Shown here: positions 1 through 13,928 of the stretch, piece by piece
Layout: every line of letters begins with the position of its first letter
Numbering within the stretch: position 1 is the first letter of the stretch
Notes under the pieces: generated by a model
Seen by the model: only the letters and a program-made list of their open reading frames with translations
Database searches by the model: none
What the model was told of the DNA's origin: nothing
From: Eledone cirrhosa
Lineage: Eukaryota
Direction of reading: 5' to 3'
Assembly (NCBI GenBank): GCA_964016885.1
Contig: OZ024741.1
Coordinates: 269,576,001-269,640,000 of the forward strand
DNA: 64,000 nucleotides
Translations under genes and position numbers: made by a program

Positions 1-1629
1 ACAGGGGGGGCTCACGTCCCGTCTAAATTGTTCTTTTAAGGAACGATAAAGGTCCAGAGGGACCTTTATCATTTTTAAATGGGTGAAGTTCTCTGTTGAG
101 ATAAAGTTTGGCCCTTCGGTCTGCACCATAGGGTTATTGTTTATTAATTTAACCAGTTTTTTGTTTTCTTTATTTATATATGTGTATTGCAACGTCTTTT
201 TTTGTGATGCTGTCAATGTTTCGGAGAGGGGAGGCGCAGATTTATTTTTGTTTGTTGAGGGTGGGGTGTTTTTGATTGGAGTTGGTGTTTGTGTGTGGGT
301 TATTTGTGGTGTGCTGGGTGTGTGTTTTCTTTTTTTTCTTTTAACTTGTCTGAAGGCTTCTCCTCCTTCTTCTTCAGAAGTTGGGGGAAACTCTTCAGCG
401 CTAGGTGGGAGGGACGTGTTGTGTGGTTGTTTTTTTTTTGCGGGAGGGGTAGATTTGTTACTGTTTTTTTTATTATTTGTTTGGAATGGGTTTTGTGGTG
501 GTGGTGGTGGTAATGTTTGTGTCGTGCTTGTGGTTGGTAATGGTGGTGGTGATGTTTGTGTTGTGGTTGGTGGTGGTGATTTTTGTGTCGTGCTTGTGTT
601 TGGTGCTGGTGGTGGTGATGTTTGTGTTGTGTTTGTGGTTGGTGGTGTCTGTATTTTGTTTGCTGTGTGTGGTATTAGTGTATTTTTGGAGGTGGGTGGT
701 GCTGGTGTACTGTTTGTGGTGGGTGTGGGCAATAGTCCTTTTTGGGGGATACGTTTCGGGCAGTTAGCCTTAACGTGTCCCCTTTCCATGCATAAATAGC
801 ATGCTGGTCTTCTCCCCTCTACAATTATGTCTATTGGGGTAAGGTCATCCAGCCAGATGCGATCCGGGATTTGTGCTATTCTTTCGGGCCTCATTTGGAC
901 TAGTATGTCGAGGCCCATTCCCAGGAACGCATCTCCAGTTGCCTTCCCCATTGACAGCATAGTGTCTTCGCCCATATCAATGAAGCCAGCAATAGCCCAC
1001 CAGAAGTCCATTGTGGGCAGCATTGTTTTTACTTTTATTCTCTGAGTTCTTCTACCCATGTAGGAGGGATAGAAGCTATATGTTGTCGACGAGAGTGGGC
1101 TTAGGGAAAGCTGAACCGCCGTTTCTTTGTCTCTTGTTAGGACCGAAATGCTGCCATAGAGTCGGTCCTTTCGTATGAAGAGAATATTCTTCATATAGTC
1201 TTTTAGGACTAACTCTATTTCCATTTGGCTGGGCTGTGCTGGCTTTCTTGACTGGTTTAGTATAGTTCTGTATATAACTGTGTTTTCTGCTCTGGCTTTC
1301 TTGAATTCTGGGGGGGAGTTAATGGAAAACATTCCGTTTTCCCCCAAAACAATATGTTTCTTTGCTTCGGCCAGTTTTTCTCTGGCGGCAGTTAGGTCAA
1401 TTGGTGTGTATGTAATGGATTGCTTTGTTTTCTGGGCGAAAGTTGCCCTGTCGTTATTTGTATTATTTTCTGTTTGTTTGTTTTCTGTTTGCTCATTTTC
1501 CTTAACATTTGTTTTTTCATTTTGTTTGTTTGTTTCAATGTCTAATTTTGTTGTAATTATTTTTTGTTCTTCAGACTTGGGGGGCGTGGCAGAGCTAATG
1601 GCAGACATGTCTGCCATCTTTTCCGCCAT
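1..1629 (-). CDS. Tx1-type ORF1 (gag-like, CCHC zinc knuckle), partial; absent from the ORF track, probably because it has no stop inside the window
   Basis: Manual translation from ATG at 1629: MAEKMADMSAISS...GRRPACYLCMERGHVKANCPK, followed by a Pro/Thr/Asn-rich tail. Confidence 0.8.
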   Translation of the reverse strand, partial: MAEKMADMSAISSATPPKSEEQKIITTKLDIETNKQNEKTNVKENEQTENKQTENNTNNDRATFAQKTKQSITYTPIDLTAAREKLAEAKKHIVLGENGMFSINSPPEFKKARAENTVIYRTILNQSRKPAQPSQMEIELVLKDYMKNILFIRKDRLYGSISVLTRDKETAVQLSLSPLSSTTYSFYPSYMGRRTQRIKVKTMLPTMDFWWAIAGFIDMGEDTMLSMGKATGDAFLGMGLDILVQMRPERIAQIPDRIWLDDLTPIDIIVEGRRPACYLCMERGHVKANCPKRIPQKGLLPTPTTNSTPAPPTSKNTLIPHTANKIQTPPTTNTTQTSPPPAPNTSTTQKSPPPTTTQTSPPPLPTTSTTQTLPPPPPQNPFQTNNKKNSNKSTPPAKKKQPHNTSLPPSAEEFPPTSEEEGGEAFRQVKRKKRKHTPSTPQITHTQTPTPIKNTPPSTNKNKSAPPLSETLTASQKKTLQYTYINKENKKLVKLINNNPMVQTEGPNFISTENFTHLKMIKVPLDLYRSLKEQFRRDVSPPC

Positions 1630-1830
1630 GCTGCCAAGAAAGAAATTTTTCGGCAAAAATAGATATTTATTTTACCCCCTAAAAAGGGGGTAAATGCAAA
1701 AATGTTTCCCTAAATAACAGGGGTTAGTGTTCCAAATGTGTTGCACTAAAAAATTTATCCGGTACTTACAATAGCAAGGGTAAATCCCGATGGAATAGCG
1801 GAGCCGATGCGAAGCGTGTCTTACTCTATC
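1..1830 (-). mobile_element. Tx1-clade non-LTR retrotransposon, 5' portion (5'UTR + ORF1), continues beyond window start
   Basis: Minus-strand ORF1 is clearly paralogous to ORF1 at 31232-32404 (RKDRLYGS/RRDRLYGS, FYPSYMGRRTQRI/FYPSYMGKRTQRI, PERIAQIPDRI); the 5' end abuts (GATA)n at 1832-1885. Confidence 0.88.
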
Positions 1831-1903
1831 AAGATAGATAGATTGATAGATAGATAGATAGATAGATAGAAAGATAGTTAGATAGACTGCTTGATTAATT
1901 GAT

Positions 1904-2322
<419 letters not shown>

Positions 2323-2882
2323 TCATTAAAACGACAACAGAAGCCGAATTGAAAAATCTACTTTTGAATTTTAATTCCGTGTAAGGACTATACATATTTC
2401 GATGGCCCAACTCTTTCATCCGCTTATGATTTCATCAGGTGTTATTTGCAGGATTATAAAACAGGATTATGTTGAACCCAGACATAGAATATAAGGTAGG
2501 GGATAGAAAGAAAATAGAAGGCAGAAAATAAAAAATTCGATTCGGGGTCAGCCTGCTAATATAGTGTTATATCGATAGCAGAACATTCCCTTGTATTGAC
2601 GGTCGCGTAAATAAGTACTTAATACCACTATAGAGATTAAAATATACATATTTTTTATTAGGGGTGAGTCAGATTCTTATTACTCTGGAATTACTGTCAT
2701 CAAACTAAGCAGCCACTTCTTCGGATCCCTTCCATATCGAATGCTCTACTGAAGGGCTTACGGATCGGTGGTTAAGGATAATTTCCAAAAATCCTTGACT
2801 TAGTAATGGGAACTGTTCCTAGTTGACATTTGTTAATGTTTTGTATAGTTATCATGACTGTTTATTATATTTATTGTTATTA

Positions 2883-3075
2883 GGGGCGGTGGATTGGCAG
2901 TATCGGTAAAGGGTCGGACGCCATGTTTTGCAGCAAAGAGTTACGGCCCTTTATGGTCTAAGTTCAAATCCCGCCGAGTTTAACTTTGCCTTTCATCCTT
3001 ACGGGGTCGATAAAATAAAGTACCAGTAATGCACTGGGATAATTTCTGGCCTTGTGCCAAAAGTAGAAACAATTA
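2883..3075 (+). mobile_element. tRNA-derived Nin-type SINE
   Basis: A-box-like TGGCAGTATCGG, B-box-like GTTCAAATCC, central CTTTCATCCTTACGGGGTCGATAAAATAAAGTACCAG resembling the Nin domain, tail GGCCTTGTGCC..AGAAAC + (ATT)n. Confidence 0.85.
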
Positions 3076-3204
3076 TATTTATTGTTATTGGCATATCTAC
3101 TGTCTCGATCAGGAAGGCTCATCAGTTAGAGTGCGACAGAGTGCGTAGTTCGGACATCAAAGAACCGTCTTCAGCTAGAGCCGCTATTATGTATGTGTTT
3201 TGAA

Positions 3205-3535
3205 TGTTTCAGGAAAGAATCGTTGGACAGATTTTACAGTTAACCAATATTTTAATGGTATTCGAATGCACCGAAGATGGTCCGAGTGAATGGGCTTACT
3301 CTGAAAATGCGCCCATAGACTGGAAAGATTAGAGAAGAAAGGAGACCGTTCGATGGTGCTCTTGGTGATTAAGGTAGTCCCGGATTGTGAGGTTCCTAAA
3401 CTACCCGTGGGTGATGTCCCCTCTTACTGAGGAATTCTCTTGTTATTTGATTGATTATTATGTTTTCCTTCTGTTTACACACATTTATGTCAACCCCACT
3501 GTCCCTGTTTCGGCTCTTGCAGCCAATAAAGAAAT
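3205..3535 (+). mobile_element. Old Tx1 3'-end fragment (ORF2 C-terminus + 3'UTR)
   Basis: 3264-3318 translates NAPKMVRVNGLTLKMRP*, matching NVARMARMNGPTLTMRL* at 62338-62391; ends GCAGCCAATAAAGAAAT like other Tx1 3' ends. Confidence 0.7.
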
Positions 3536-3544
3536 GATAATAAC

Positions 3545-4335
3545 AATTATTTCTTATTTAAGCTGAAAGCCAACAACTTGTGGGGAGGAAGAAGTCGATT
3601 AAATCGACCCCAGTGCATTACTGGTGTTTTATTTTATTGACCCGTAAGGATGAAAGGTAAAACTAACCTCGGCGGCATTTGAAGGTAAAGGGCCGTAACT
3701 ATATGCCGCAAAATATGTTGACTGATGCTCTACCGATACTGCCAATTATTTGGATTGGCAGTATAGGTAGAGGGTCACCTGCCATGCTTTGCAGCAAAGA
3801 GTTACGGCCCTTTCTGGTCTGAGTTCAAATCCTGTCGAGGTTAACTTTGCTTTTCATCCTTACAGGGTCGATAAAATAAAGTACCAGTAATAAACTGGGA
3901 CAATTGCTGGCCTTGTGCCAAAAGTAGAAAGAATTATTATTGTATCGGTAGAGCGTCGGACAACATTCTTTGCAGCATAGAGTTACGGTCCTTTACCTTC
4001 TGAGTTAAAATCCCATCAAGGTTAACTTTACCTTTCATCCTTATGGGTCGATAAAAAAAGTACCAGTAATTCACCGGGTGGATTCGATCGACTTTACCCT
4101 ATACCCCACCAAATTGTTGGCCTTGTGCCTAAATCAGGAACTAGTGCTTTGGCAGTATCGGTAGAGGATCGGGCACCATGCTTTGCAGCATAGAGTTATG
4201 GCCCTTTATGATCTGAGTTCAAATCTTGCCGAAGTTAACTTTGGCTTTCATCCTTACGGGGTCGATAAATAAAGTACCAGTAATGCACTGGGGTAATTGC
4301 TGGCCTTGTGCCAAATGTAGAAACAACTATTATTA
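3545..4335. mobile_element. Cluster of four Nin-type SINE copies (about 3560-3745 minus; 3750-3935, 3940-4140, 4148-4330 plus)
   Basis: Same head, core and tail motifs as 2883-3075. Confidence 0.85.
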
Positions 4336-4839
4336 TTATTTTCCGCTCCATATTACTGTTCTCTCTTCTCTCTCCCCACTCTCTCTCTCTCCTCGTCCTT
4401 CTTATTATTCCTTCATGTTTCTTTTTGTATTCTTCTTGTATTCTTGTGTCTTCTCTATTCTGTCCGCCAGAGCGGCCATCACTGGGCCTCCATTTGCTCA
4501 TAATAGTAATAGATGAGAAGAGCAGGAGAGACGGAGGCATTGACAGTGGGAGTTTAGTTCCATTGTTTTCGGACTTGGTGTATACGTATGTATTTATTTA
4601 CTACTACACCACTTTTCACTATTTACAAGACCATTAACTAATTACGCAATCCGCACCTGAAGATGTCACCAGGAAGTTACGTAACCAGACCGTTGAAATA
4701 TATGAATAACAATAAGAGTTGTCTTTCTTTTTCAGAAAGTAAACCAAACTATGTTGTAAACAATGAAACCGGATGACTAGAAAGGGAACACGGAATTTTT
4801 TTCCCTTCTTTGATTCTCCATTGTACTAATGTTGCCTTC

Positions 4840-5143
4840 CACCACTTTCCTCACCCCACCCTCTCTTTACCACCACCACCACTTTCCTTCCTATCCCTCT
4901 CCACCACCACCACCACCACCACTTTCCATCCTATCCCTCTCCACACCACCCTCTTTACCACCACCACCAGCACCACTTTCCTTTCTATCCCTCTCCACAC
5001 TCCTCTTTACCACCACCACCAACACCACCAACACCACCACTTTCTTTTCTACCCCCCCCCTCTTTACCACCACTACTCCCACCACCACCACCACCACAAA
5101 AACAACCACCACCACTACTACTACTACCACGACTACTATTACA

Positions 5144-5193
<50 letters not shown>

Positions 5194-6556
5194 ACTTTGC
5201 ATTACTTTTGATCTTTGTTGTCTTTTCTTCTTTTTCTTCCTCCTTTTTCTTCTCCTTTTTCTCCTTTTTCATCATCATCATCACCTCCACCCACATCATC
5301 ACCCCCAAATCTACCCCCACTATCACCCCACCGCCACCATCACCCCCATCTCCACCACTTCCTACACAGTCACCTCCACCGCCACCATCACCCCACCCTC
5401 ACTCTCACCCTCAACATCATCCCCACCACCATCAACCCCCATCCCCACCACTTCCTACACAGTCACCTTCACCACCACCATCACCACCAACCCTACCCCC
5501 ACCCTCACCTCCCCACCGCCACCATCTCCCCTATCTCCACCACTCTCTACAGTCACCTCCACCGCCACCATCACCCCACCCTCACCCTCAACACCACCCC
5601 CACCACCATCAACCTCCATCTCCACCACTTCCTACACAGTCACCACCACCACCACCACCACCAACCTACCCTCACCCTCACCTCCCCACCGCCACCATCA
5701 CCCCCATCTGCACCACTTCCTACACAGTCACCACCACCACCACCACCACCAACCTACCCTCACCCTCACCTCCCCACCGCCACCATCACCCCCATCTCCA
5801 CCACTTCCTACACAGTCACCTCCACCGACACCACCACCACCCCCAACCCCACCCCCACCCCCACCACCACCCTCACCCTCAACATCACCCCCACCACCAT
5901 CAACCCCCATCTCCACCACTTCCTACACAGTCACCACCACCACCACCACCACCGCCACCACCACCACCACCACCACCACCACCAACAACAACAACAACCC
6001 CCCCCCCCCACCACCACCACCGCCACCATCAACCCCCAACTCCACCACTTCCTACACAGTCACTTCCACCGCCACCATCACCCCACCCTCACCCCCACCC
6101 TCAACATCACCTCCACCACCACCAACCCCACCCTCACCCTCACCTCTCCACCGCCACCATCAACCCCCATCTCCACCACTTCCTACACACTCACCTCCAC
6201 CGCCACCATCACCCCACCCTCACCCTCACCCTCACCTCCCCACCGCCACCATCAACCCCCATCTCCACCACTTCCTACACAGTCACCTCCACCGCCACCA
6301 TCACCCCACCCTCACCCTCACCCTCAACATCACCCCCACCACCATCAACCCCCATCTCCACCACTTCCTACACAGTCACCTCCACCACCACCACCACCAC
6401 CAACCCTACCCCCACCCTCACCTCCCCACCGCCACCATCAACCCCCATCTCCACCACTTCCTACACAGTCACCTCCACCACCACCACCAACCCCACCCTC
6501 ACCCTCACCTCCCCACCGCCACCATCTCCCCCATCTCCACCACTCTCTACACAGTC
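4840..6556. repeat. C-rich compound minisatellite with (CCA)n and (CTA)n tracts
   Basis: Recurring module CCCCATCTCCACCACTTCCTACACAGTCACCTCCACCGCCACCATCACCCC; overlapping low-complexity ORFs in all three plus frames indicate non-coding repeat. Confidence 0.9.
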
Positions 6557-6728
6557 ATGTGACATCATACAAATATTTCCTTTATACTTCTCATCTTCAT
6601 CTTCATCTACCGACATATTACTATTGTGTATTTTTATCAAGCTATCTTTGTCGTAATTTCCGCTTCCGCTCTCAACCTCTTTCATTCTCCTTATATGTGG
6701 CTATAAAGCTATATGGTCTCCAATCTCT

Positions 6729-6802
<74 letters not shown>

Positions 6803-6983
6803 CTCCTTCCCTCTCTCTCTCTCCTTACATCCCTCTCTCACTCTGTCTCTCTATCCTGCTTTGTCTCACCCCCCTCTCTCTCTCTCCCACTCTCTCTCTC
6901 TCTCCCTCTTTCCCCGCCTCTTTTATTTCTCTCTATCGATATGTATGTATATATGTTTTGTATATATATATATGTATATATTA

Positions 6984-7045
<62 letters not shown>

Positions 7046-7164
7046 CGTATGTATAGCCACGACAAAAATCACCCAGCCCACACTTTAAAGTGGTCGTGTA
7101 GCTACCATGACAAAAATCACCCAGTCCAAACTGTAGAGTGGTCGTGTATGTGTCATGTCATAAC

Positions 7165-7325
7165 TGTAAATGTGGTTGGTGTTAGGAGGGGCATCCAGCC
7201 GTAGAAACCAAGCCAGAAACAGTCCTGTGTGAGCAAAGCACGGTCACCTGACACGACTTTCCTCAAATGGGATAACCCGTCTACCCCATAGCTTGAAATT
7301 CGACGTTAAACGATGATAAGGATGA
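7165..7325 (+). mobile_element. 3' end of an RTE-related SINE/LINE
   Basis: GGTTGGTGTTAGGAGGGGCATCCAGCCGTAGAAACC...GACGTTAAACGATGAT resembles RTE-type 3' ends recalled from octopus repeats. Confidence 0.5.
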
Positions 7326-7905
7326 TATATATATATATACATATATATATATACGGGATAACAAATTATTGTTATAGGTAGTCCACTTAGATGTAGTCCA
7401 GATAGTAATACTATCCACTACTCCGAGTAGTGGATAGTATTAACGCTTGGCTAAGTTTGACTCAACAAGACGTTTCCAGAGTGATTCGAACTAACAATCC
7501 CTACATCTAATATAGACCACTTAAATAACGAATCCACATAAAAATTACCATCCTCACTACAATGAAAATATTTTATCTGTCAGATAATAAATAAATCTTC
7601 AACTTACGGTCAGCAAACCTACAGTAAAGTAAATGGTCCATTGTTTCAAGCCCCAGGTTATCTCTACACTATATATAGTGTACACCATGACAGCTTTCAC
7701 ATGTCAATTTCATACATCTGTTTCGTATCAGTTCGTTTTACATGCTAAAGTCATCAGTATACTCTATTTCTTACTTAGATTGATGTTGTGATTGTTTTAA
7801 CTATTTACTATCTAGCTAATTTATTTGAGTATTGTTATTATTGTTCTGATTTAATGCCACTACTATATATATAAGCCATGCTTGTGTATATCCTTCACTC
7901 TCGCA

Positions 7906-8013
7906 TGCTCTGATGAATAGACTGGTTGTAACAAAGTATTGGTGATCGATTGACGCAAAAACAGGTGGGTAGCGATCTCTAGACCTACCAGTTCAGAGAA
8001 ACAATTGTCAGCA
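7906..8013 (+). ncRNA. Type I hammerhead ribozyme (Penelope pLTR type)
   Basis: Stem I TGCT/AGCA; CTGATGA 7910-7916; stem II ACTGGT/ACCAGT with long loop; GAAA 7998-8001; palindromic stem III CAATTG; TC cleavage site; AATAAA then (TA)n downstream. Confidence 0.7.
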
Positions 8014-8064
8014 ATGTGAATAAAGCCCTTATTGTATAGCAAACCATGTCACTCTTCTTTCTTG

Positions 8065-9275
<1,211 letters not shown>

Positions 9276-9534
9276 TTACATAATAGTGAGTGACATATAT
9301 ACACGCATAAATAACCAATGATACAAATATATAATAGGACAAATCAAATTTTAACAAGAGACAATCTGTATAGAATCAAACATGACATCTATAACTTTGA
9401 ATGTAATATATATAATATATTTATGCTCCTACTTGGTTGAGCTGTTTAATATATTGAGAGGTTAGTCTGCTATTTCTTGTTGGCGTGAACCCTTTTGTCA
9501 TTACGGGTGGTGACTGCGTGGGTTGGTTTTTTTA

Positions 9535-9725
9535 ATAATTGTTTCTACTTTTGGCACAAGGCCAGCAAATACCCCAGTGCATTATTGGTACTTTATTTGA
9601 TCGACCCCGTAAGGATGAAAGAGAAAGTTAACCTCGGCGGGATTTCAACTCAGATTGAAAAGGGCCGTAACTCTATGCTGCAAAGCATGGCGTCCAACCC
9701 TCTACCGATACTGCCAATCCACTCC
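9535..9725 (-). mobile_element. Nin-type SINE
   Basis: Reverse complement of the family consensus. Confidence 0.85.
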
Positions 9726-9780
9726 CCTCTCGTCGTCTTCAGTTCTGTATGTTAACGGGTGTAAGTTTAGATAGATCGAT

Positions 9781-9868
9781 TTCCTCACTGACGATCCAAA
9801 TCGATTATCTAACTTCACCGATATATGGTGAAATGTATTAATGATTTCTGAAGGATACATATGAGGGA
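9781..9868 (+). ncRNA. Type I hammerhead ribozyme
   Basis: TTCCTCA-CTGACGA-tCCA...TGGt-GAAA-TGTAT..ATACA-TA-TGAGGGA: 7-bp stem I, 5-bp stem III, short stem II with a U.U first position. Confidence 0.75.
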
Positions 9869-10021
9869 GATATATATGATTTTTATCAGGTATCTATATT
9901 TTAAATGTTTGTTAAATTTTAATATGATACGCTAACGAACTATGTATTCTTATATTCTATACGGATTGTCTCTTGTTAAAGTTTGATATCTCCTATTGTA
10001 CATTTATATCATTATATATAT

Positions 10022-10750
10022 ACTAGCAGCTGAGCCCGGTTGCACCCGGGGCCACTTTTTATTAAGTTAATAATTTGAAAAATATTATTGAAAGTTTATT
10101 ATAAAGAAGCAGTTTCAGGGAAAAAAATAGAAATATGCACTTGGGGCTGGACGGCGTACAATGAGAAGTGGAGCGACGTGAAAAGCGTTGTTTATTAACA
10201 GCGAAATAGCAATGTCGAAGATATGCAATTTGAAAAATACTACTTACTGTTAGTGGTGGTTAACATGTATTAGAATTAAAATAAAAACACGCGTCCCTTC
10301 TTCGCAATTTAAGGGTTTTATTTCTTTTGATGGAAAACAGAGACCGTACTGCAGAATCGATTTCATAAAACGGTACTGTATGATCTTTAAATGTAGAAGG
10401 ATGATAGTTTATTAACAGCGAAATAGCAATGTCGATGATATGCAAGTTTAAAAATACATATTATGAAGGTTTGTATGATAGTTTACACTTTTTCCTGAAA
10501 CTGCTTCTTTATAATAAACTTTCAATAATATTTTTCAAATTATTGGTACTGTATGTTAACAGCGAAAGAACGTTGATGAGTTTAAAAATGTGTATGAAAT
10601 TGTATATAACCCAGCCATGTATTAGAACAGGGGGAAATAACTCACCGAACGCGATAGTAAATAGACCGTTTGGGGCCCCTAGGGACTACATCTTTCAAGT
10701 TAGAGATTTGAAACCGCGTCTATTTGCTTCCTTGGCACTTTTTACATATG
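10022..10750 (-). mobile_element. Non-autonomous Helitron-like element
   Basis: CTAG end with adjacent GC hairpin (CCCGGTTGCACCCGGG); internal inverted repeat about 10070-10125 vs 10490-10545; right boundary approximate. Confidence 0.5.
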
Positions 10751-10837
10751 TGTGTACATTTTCATGTCCGTCCGACCACGTCTACTACCATTTAACCGTG
10801 CACATCTGAATTTCAACCACTACCCATTTCACAAATA

Positions 10838-10968
<131 letters not shown>

Positions 10969-11259
10969 TGTGTCATTCACTATTTTGAAATGATTAAATG
11001 CTCGGATTTATTCTTTGAATTTTTCTATGAGCTGATTTTGGGAGACAAGAGACAAGACACATGTTCGAGATTATCTCAAACATGACATCCATAACTTTGA
11101 ATGTAATATGTATATAAACTATTATAGTAATAATGTTTTCTTTGTTATAGTAATAATAATAAATGTGAAGACTAAAATCCGAAAAGGGCTCGATAAGGAT
11201 AATAAATATATAAAATATATAAAACCGTAGAGCAAATGTTTATTAAAATAACAGATTAA

Positions 11260-11310
11260 AGTTTAAGCGAAGAATCACTGCTTTCACCCTTAACGGGATC
11301 CTCTGAAACT
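11260..11310 (-). ncRNA. Hammerhead-like motif with non-canonical core
   Basis: Minus strand AGTTT-CAGAGGA-tCCC gttaa GGGt-GAAA-GC..GC-TT-AAACT; all three stems present, core position 4 is A. Confidence 0.55.
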
Positions 11311-11619
11311 AAAAAAGTAAATATTTCGAAAGACGTTGCAACCGAAGGAAAACAGAACAGGAAGACGATACTTTGGTTCGTGATGACGTTCCCTGGCAAT
11401 GAACGGAAAAAAGCGAACATAATACGTCGTTATGTGGACCGTTGAGAACAATTTCACGCAAAGACAAAAAACCAAAACTACGTTTATGGATATAAAATGG
11501 AGTCATTAGACTAATATTCTATTCAGGAAACCGAATGATTCTCAGCTCCGGAGTTAAGAATAATGCAAATAAATTTGTTGAACGAAAATGACAGAGGTTA
11601 TTAAAATCATAAAAGTAAG

Positions 11620-12136
11620 TAATAATTGTTTCTACGTTAGGCACAAGGCCAGCAATTACCCAGTGTATTACTGGTACTTTATTTTATCGACCCCGCAAGG
11701 ATGAAAGGCAAAGTTAACCTCGGCGGGATTTGAACTCAGAATGGCAAGGGCCGTAACTCTATGCGCCAAAGCATGGCATCCGACACTCTACCAATACTGC
11801 CAATCCACCGCCTAAAAGTAAGTAATAATTGTTTCTACTTTAGGCACAAGGCCAGCAATTCCCCAGTGCATTACTGGTACTTTATTTTTTATCGACCCCG
11901 TAAGGATAAAAGTAAGTAATAATAGTTAAGATTTAGGCCAGTACATATACAATATATATATACATACATAGACACAACTAATACGTACATACACGTGCAT
12001 ACGCGAAAGCGCACGCCGTTCATACATATACATGCACATGTACATAAACTCGAGCTCGCGTACGTATACCAGGCTCATATATACGCAAATACCCGCGCGC
12101 ATATATATAGATATGCATATGTATATATATATGCTC

Positions 12137-12193
<57 letters not shown>

Positions 12194-12465
12194 CATAAGC
12201 ATATATATATATATACAATATATACATAAGTGACTGTCACTTGGTCTATCTACTTCAAGCTAATGAAACACTCTTCAATAATTGTTTCTACTTTAGGCAC
12301 AAGGCCAGCAATTATCCCAGTGCATTACTGGTACTTTATTTTATCGACCCCGTAAGGATGAAAGGCAAAGTTAACCTCGGCGAGATTTGAACTCAGATCG
12401 TAAAGTGGCGTAACTCCATGCTGCAAAGCATGGCGTCCGACCCTCTAACGATACTGCCAATCTAC
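11620..12465 (-). mobile_element. Three Nin-type SINE copies (11620-11812, 11825-11908 partial, 12275-12465) with a TA/CA microsatellite between
   Basis: Family consensus motifs on the minus strand. Confidence 0.85.
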
Positions 12466-12680
12466 ACTTCAATAATATAGTGCTTTCGAAACAGACCCTA
12501 TCGAGCTAGCAAGGACACCTCTGCATATTGTCTCCATCTTTTACAAACGGCAGCCAAATCCCTATCAAATACCACAGTACTTACTTTTCAACAAAAAGAT
12601 ATATTCGATTCAATAAAAGTTGGGATGTCTATGGTTGGAACGACTTTATTATAGGTTTGGTAGCTACACAGCTTCCTTTG

Positions 12681-13928
12681 CCTGTAATAATTCATGGTAG
12701 TATACTATCTCTAGTATTATAAATCTGGGATATACACAACATCACAGCTTTTGCTGGCTGTAACAATACATAGTAGTGTGTTATCTGTAGTATTATGAAT
12801 CTGGGATATACACAACATCACACTGCTTCTGCTTGCTGGCTGTAACAATACATAGTAGTGTGCTATCTGTAGTATTATGAATCTGGGATATACACAACAT
12901 CACACTGCTTCTGCTTGCTGGCTGTAACAATACATAGTAGTGTGCTATCTGTAGTATTATGAATCTGGGATATACACAACATCACACTGCTTCTGCTTGC
13001 TGGCTGTAATAATTCATGGTAGTATACTATCTGTAGTATTATAAATCTGGGATATACACAACATCACACTGCTTCTGCTTGCTGGCTGTAATAATTCATG
13101 GTAGTATACTATCTGTAGTATTATAAATCTGGGATATACACAACATCACACTGCTTCTGCTTGCTGGCTGTAACAATACATAGTAGTGTGCTATCTGTAG
13201 TATTATGAATCTGGGATATACACAACATCACACTGCTTCTGCTTGCTGGCTGTAATAATTCATGGTAGTATACTATCTGTAGTATTATAAATCTGGGATA
13301 TACACAACATCACACTGCTTCTGCTTGCTGGCTGTAATAATTCATGGTAGTATACTATCTGTAGTATTATAAATCTGGGATATACACAACATCACACTGC
13401 TTCTGCTTGCTGGCTGTAATAATTCATGGTAATATACTATCTGTAGTATTATAAATCTGGGATATACACAACATCACACTGCTTCTGCTTGCTGGCTGTA
13501 ATAATTCATGGTAGTATACTATCTGTAGTATTATAAATCTGGGATATACACAACATCACACTGCTTCTGCTTGCTGGCTGTAATAATTCATGGTAATATA
13601 CTATCTGTAGTATTATAAATCTGGGATATACACAACATCACACTGCTTCTGCTTGCTGGCTGTAATAATTCATGGTAGTATACTATCTGTAGTATTATAA
13701 ATCTGGGATATACACAACATCACACTGCTTCTGCTTGCTGGCTGTAATAATTCATGGTAGTATACTATCTCTAGTATTATAAATCTGGGATATACACAAC
13801 ATCACAGCTTTTGCTGGCTGTAACAATACATAGTAGTGTGCTATCTGTAGTATTATAAATCTGGGATATACACAACATCACACTGCTTCTGCTTGCTGGC
13901 TGTAACAATACATGGTAGTATACTATCT
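12681..13928. repeat. 82-bp minisatellite, about 15 units (a few 76-bp variants)
   Basis: CTGGGATATACACAACATCAC recurs at 12725, 12801, 12883, 12965 and onward. Confidence 0.95.

Noticed and set aside
83-799. 238-aa plus-strand ORF and similar Val/Gly/Cys-rich ORFs (also 30428-32014 plus)
   Set aside because: Antisense shadows of Tx1 ORF1/ORF2 on the minus strand
2385-2445. Minus-strand CTGATGA...GAAATATGTATA hammerhead-like motif; similar weak motifs at 3100-3180(-), 4657-4705(+), 7708-7762(-) and 11376-11418(+)
   Set aside because: Stem I, stem II or core bases cannot be completed; probably decayed pLTRs, not called as ribozymes
2762-2818. Possible 57-nt minus-strand exon (EQFPLLSQGFLEIILNHRS) with GTAAGC donor
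   Set aside because: Weak acceptor, and no supporting neighbour once the 3300-3319 microexon was discounted
2883-2975. tRNA genes at SINE heads
   Set aside because: A/B boxes are present, but they continue into SINE core and tail without a complete cloverleaf
3300-3319. Apparent 20-nt minus-strand microexon with good splice signals
   Set aside because: Lies antisense within the Tx1 ORF2 C-terminus and 3'UTR fragment, so the signals are explained by TE sequence; exonisation cannot be excluded without RNA data
4829-7056. Long Pro/Thr/His-rich ORFs resembling mucin or extensin
   Set aside because: All three plus frames are open over the C-rich repeat because stops are rare in it; the ORFs run into microsatellites
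12585-12681. Exon reading ...ISFC-TGA-K before a donor, suggestive of selenocysteine
   Set aside because: An alternative acceptor gives a stop-free frame; no SECIS or selenoprotein homology recognised
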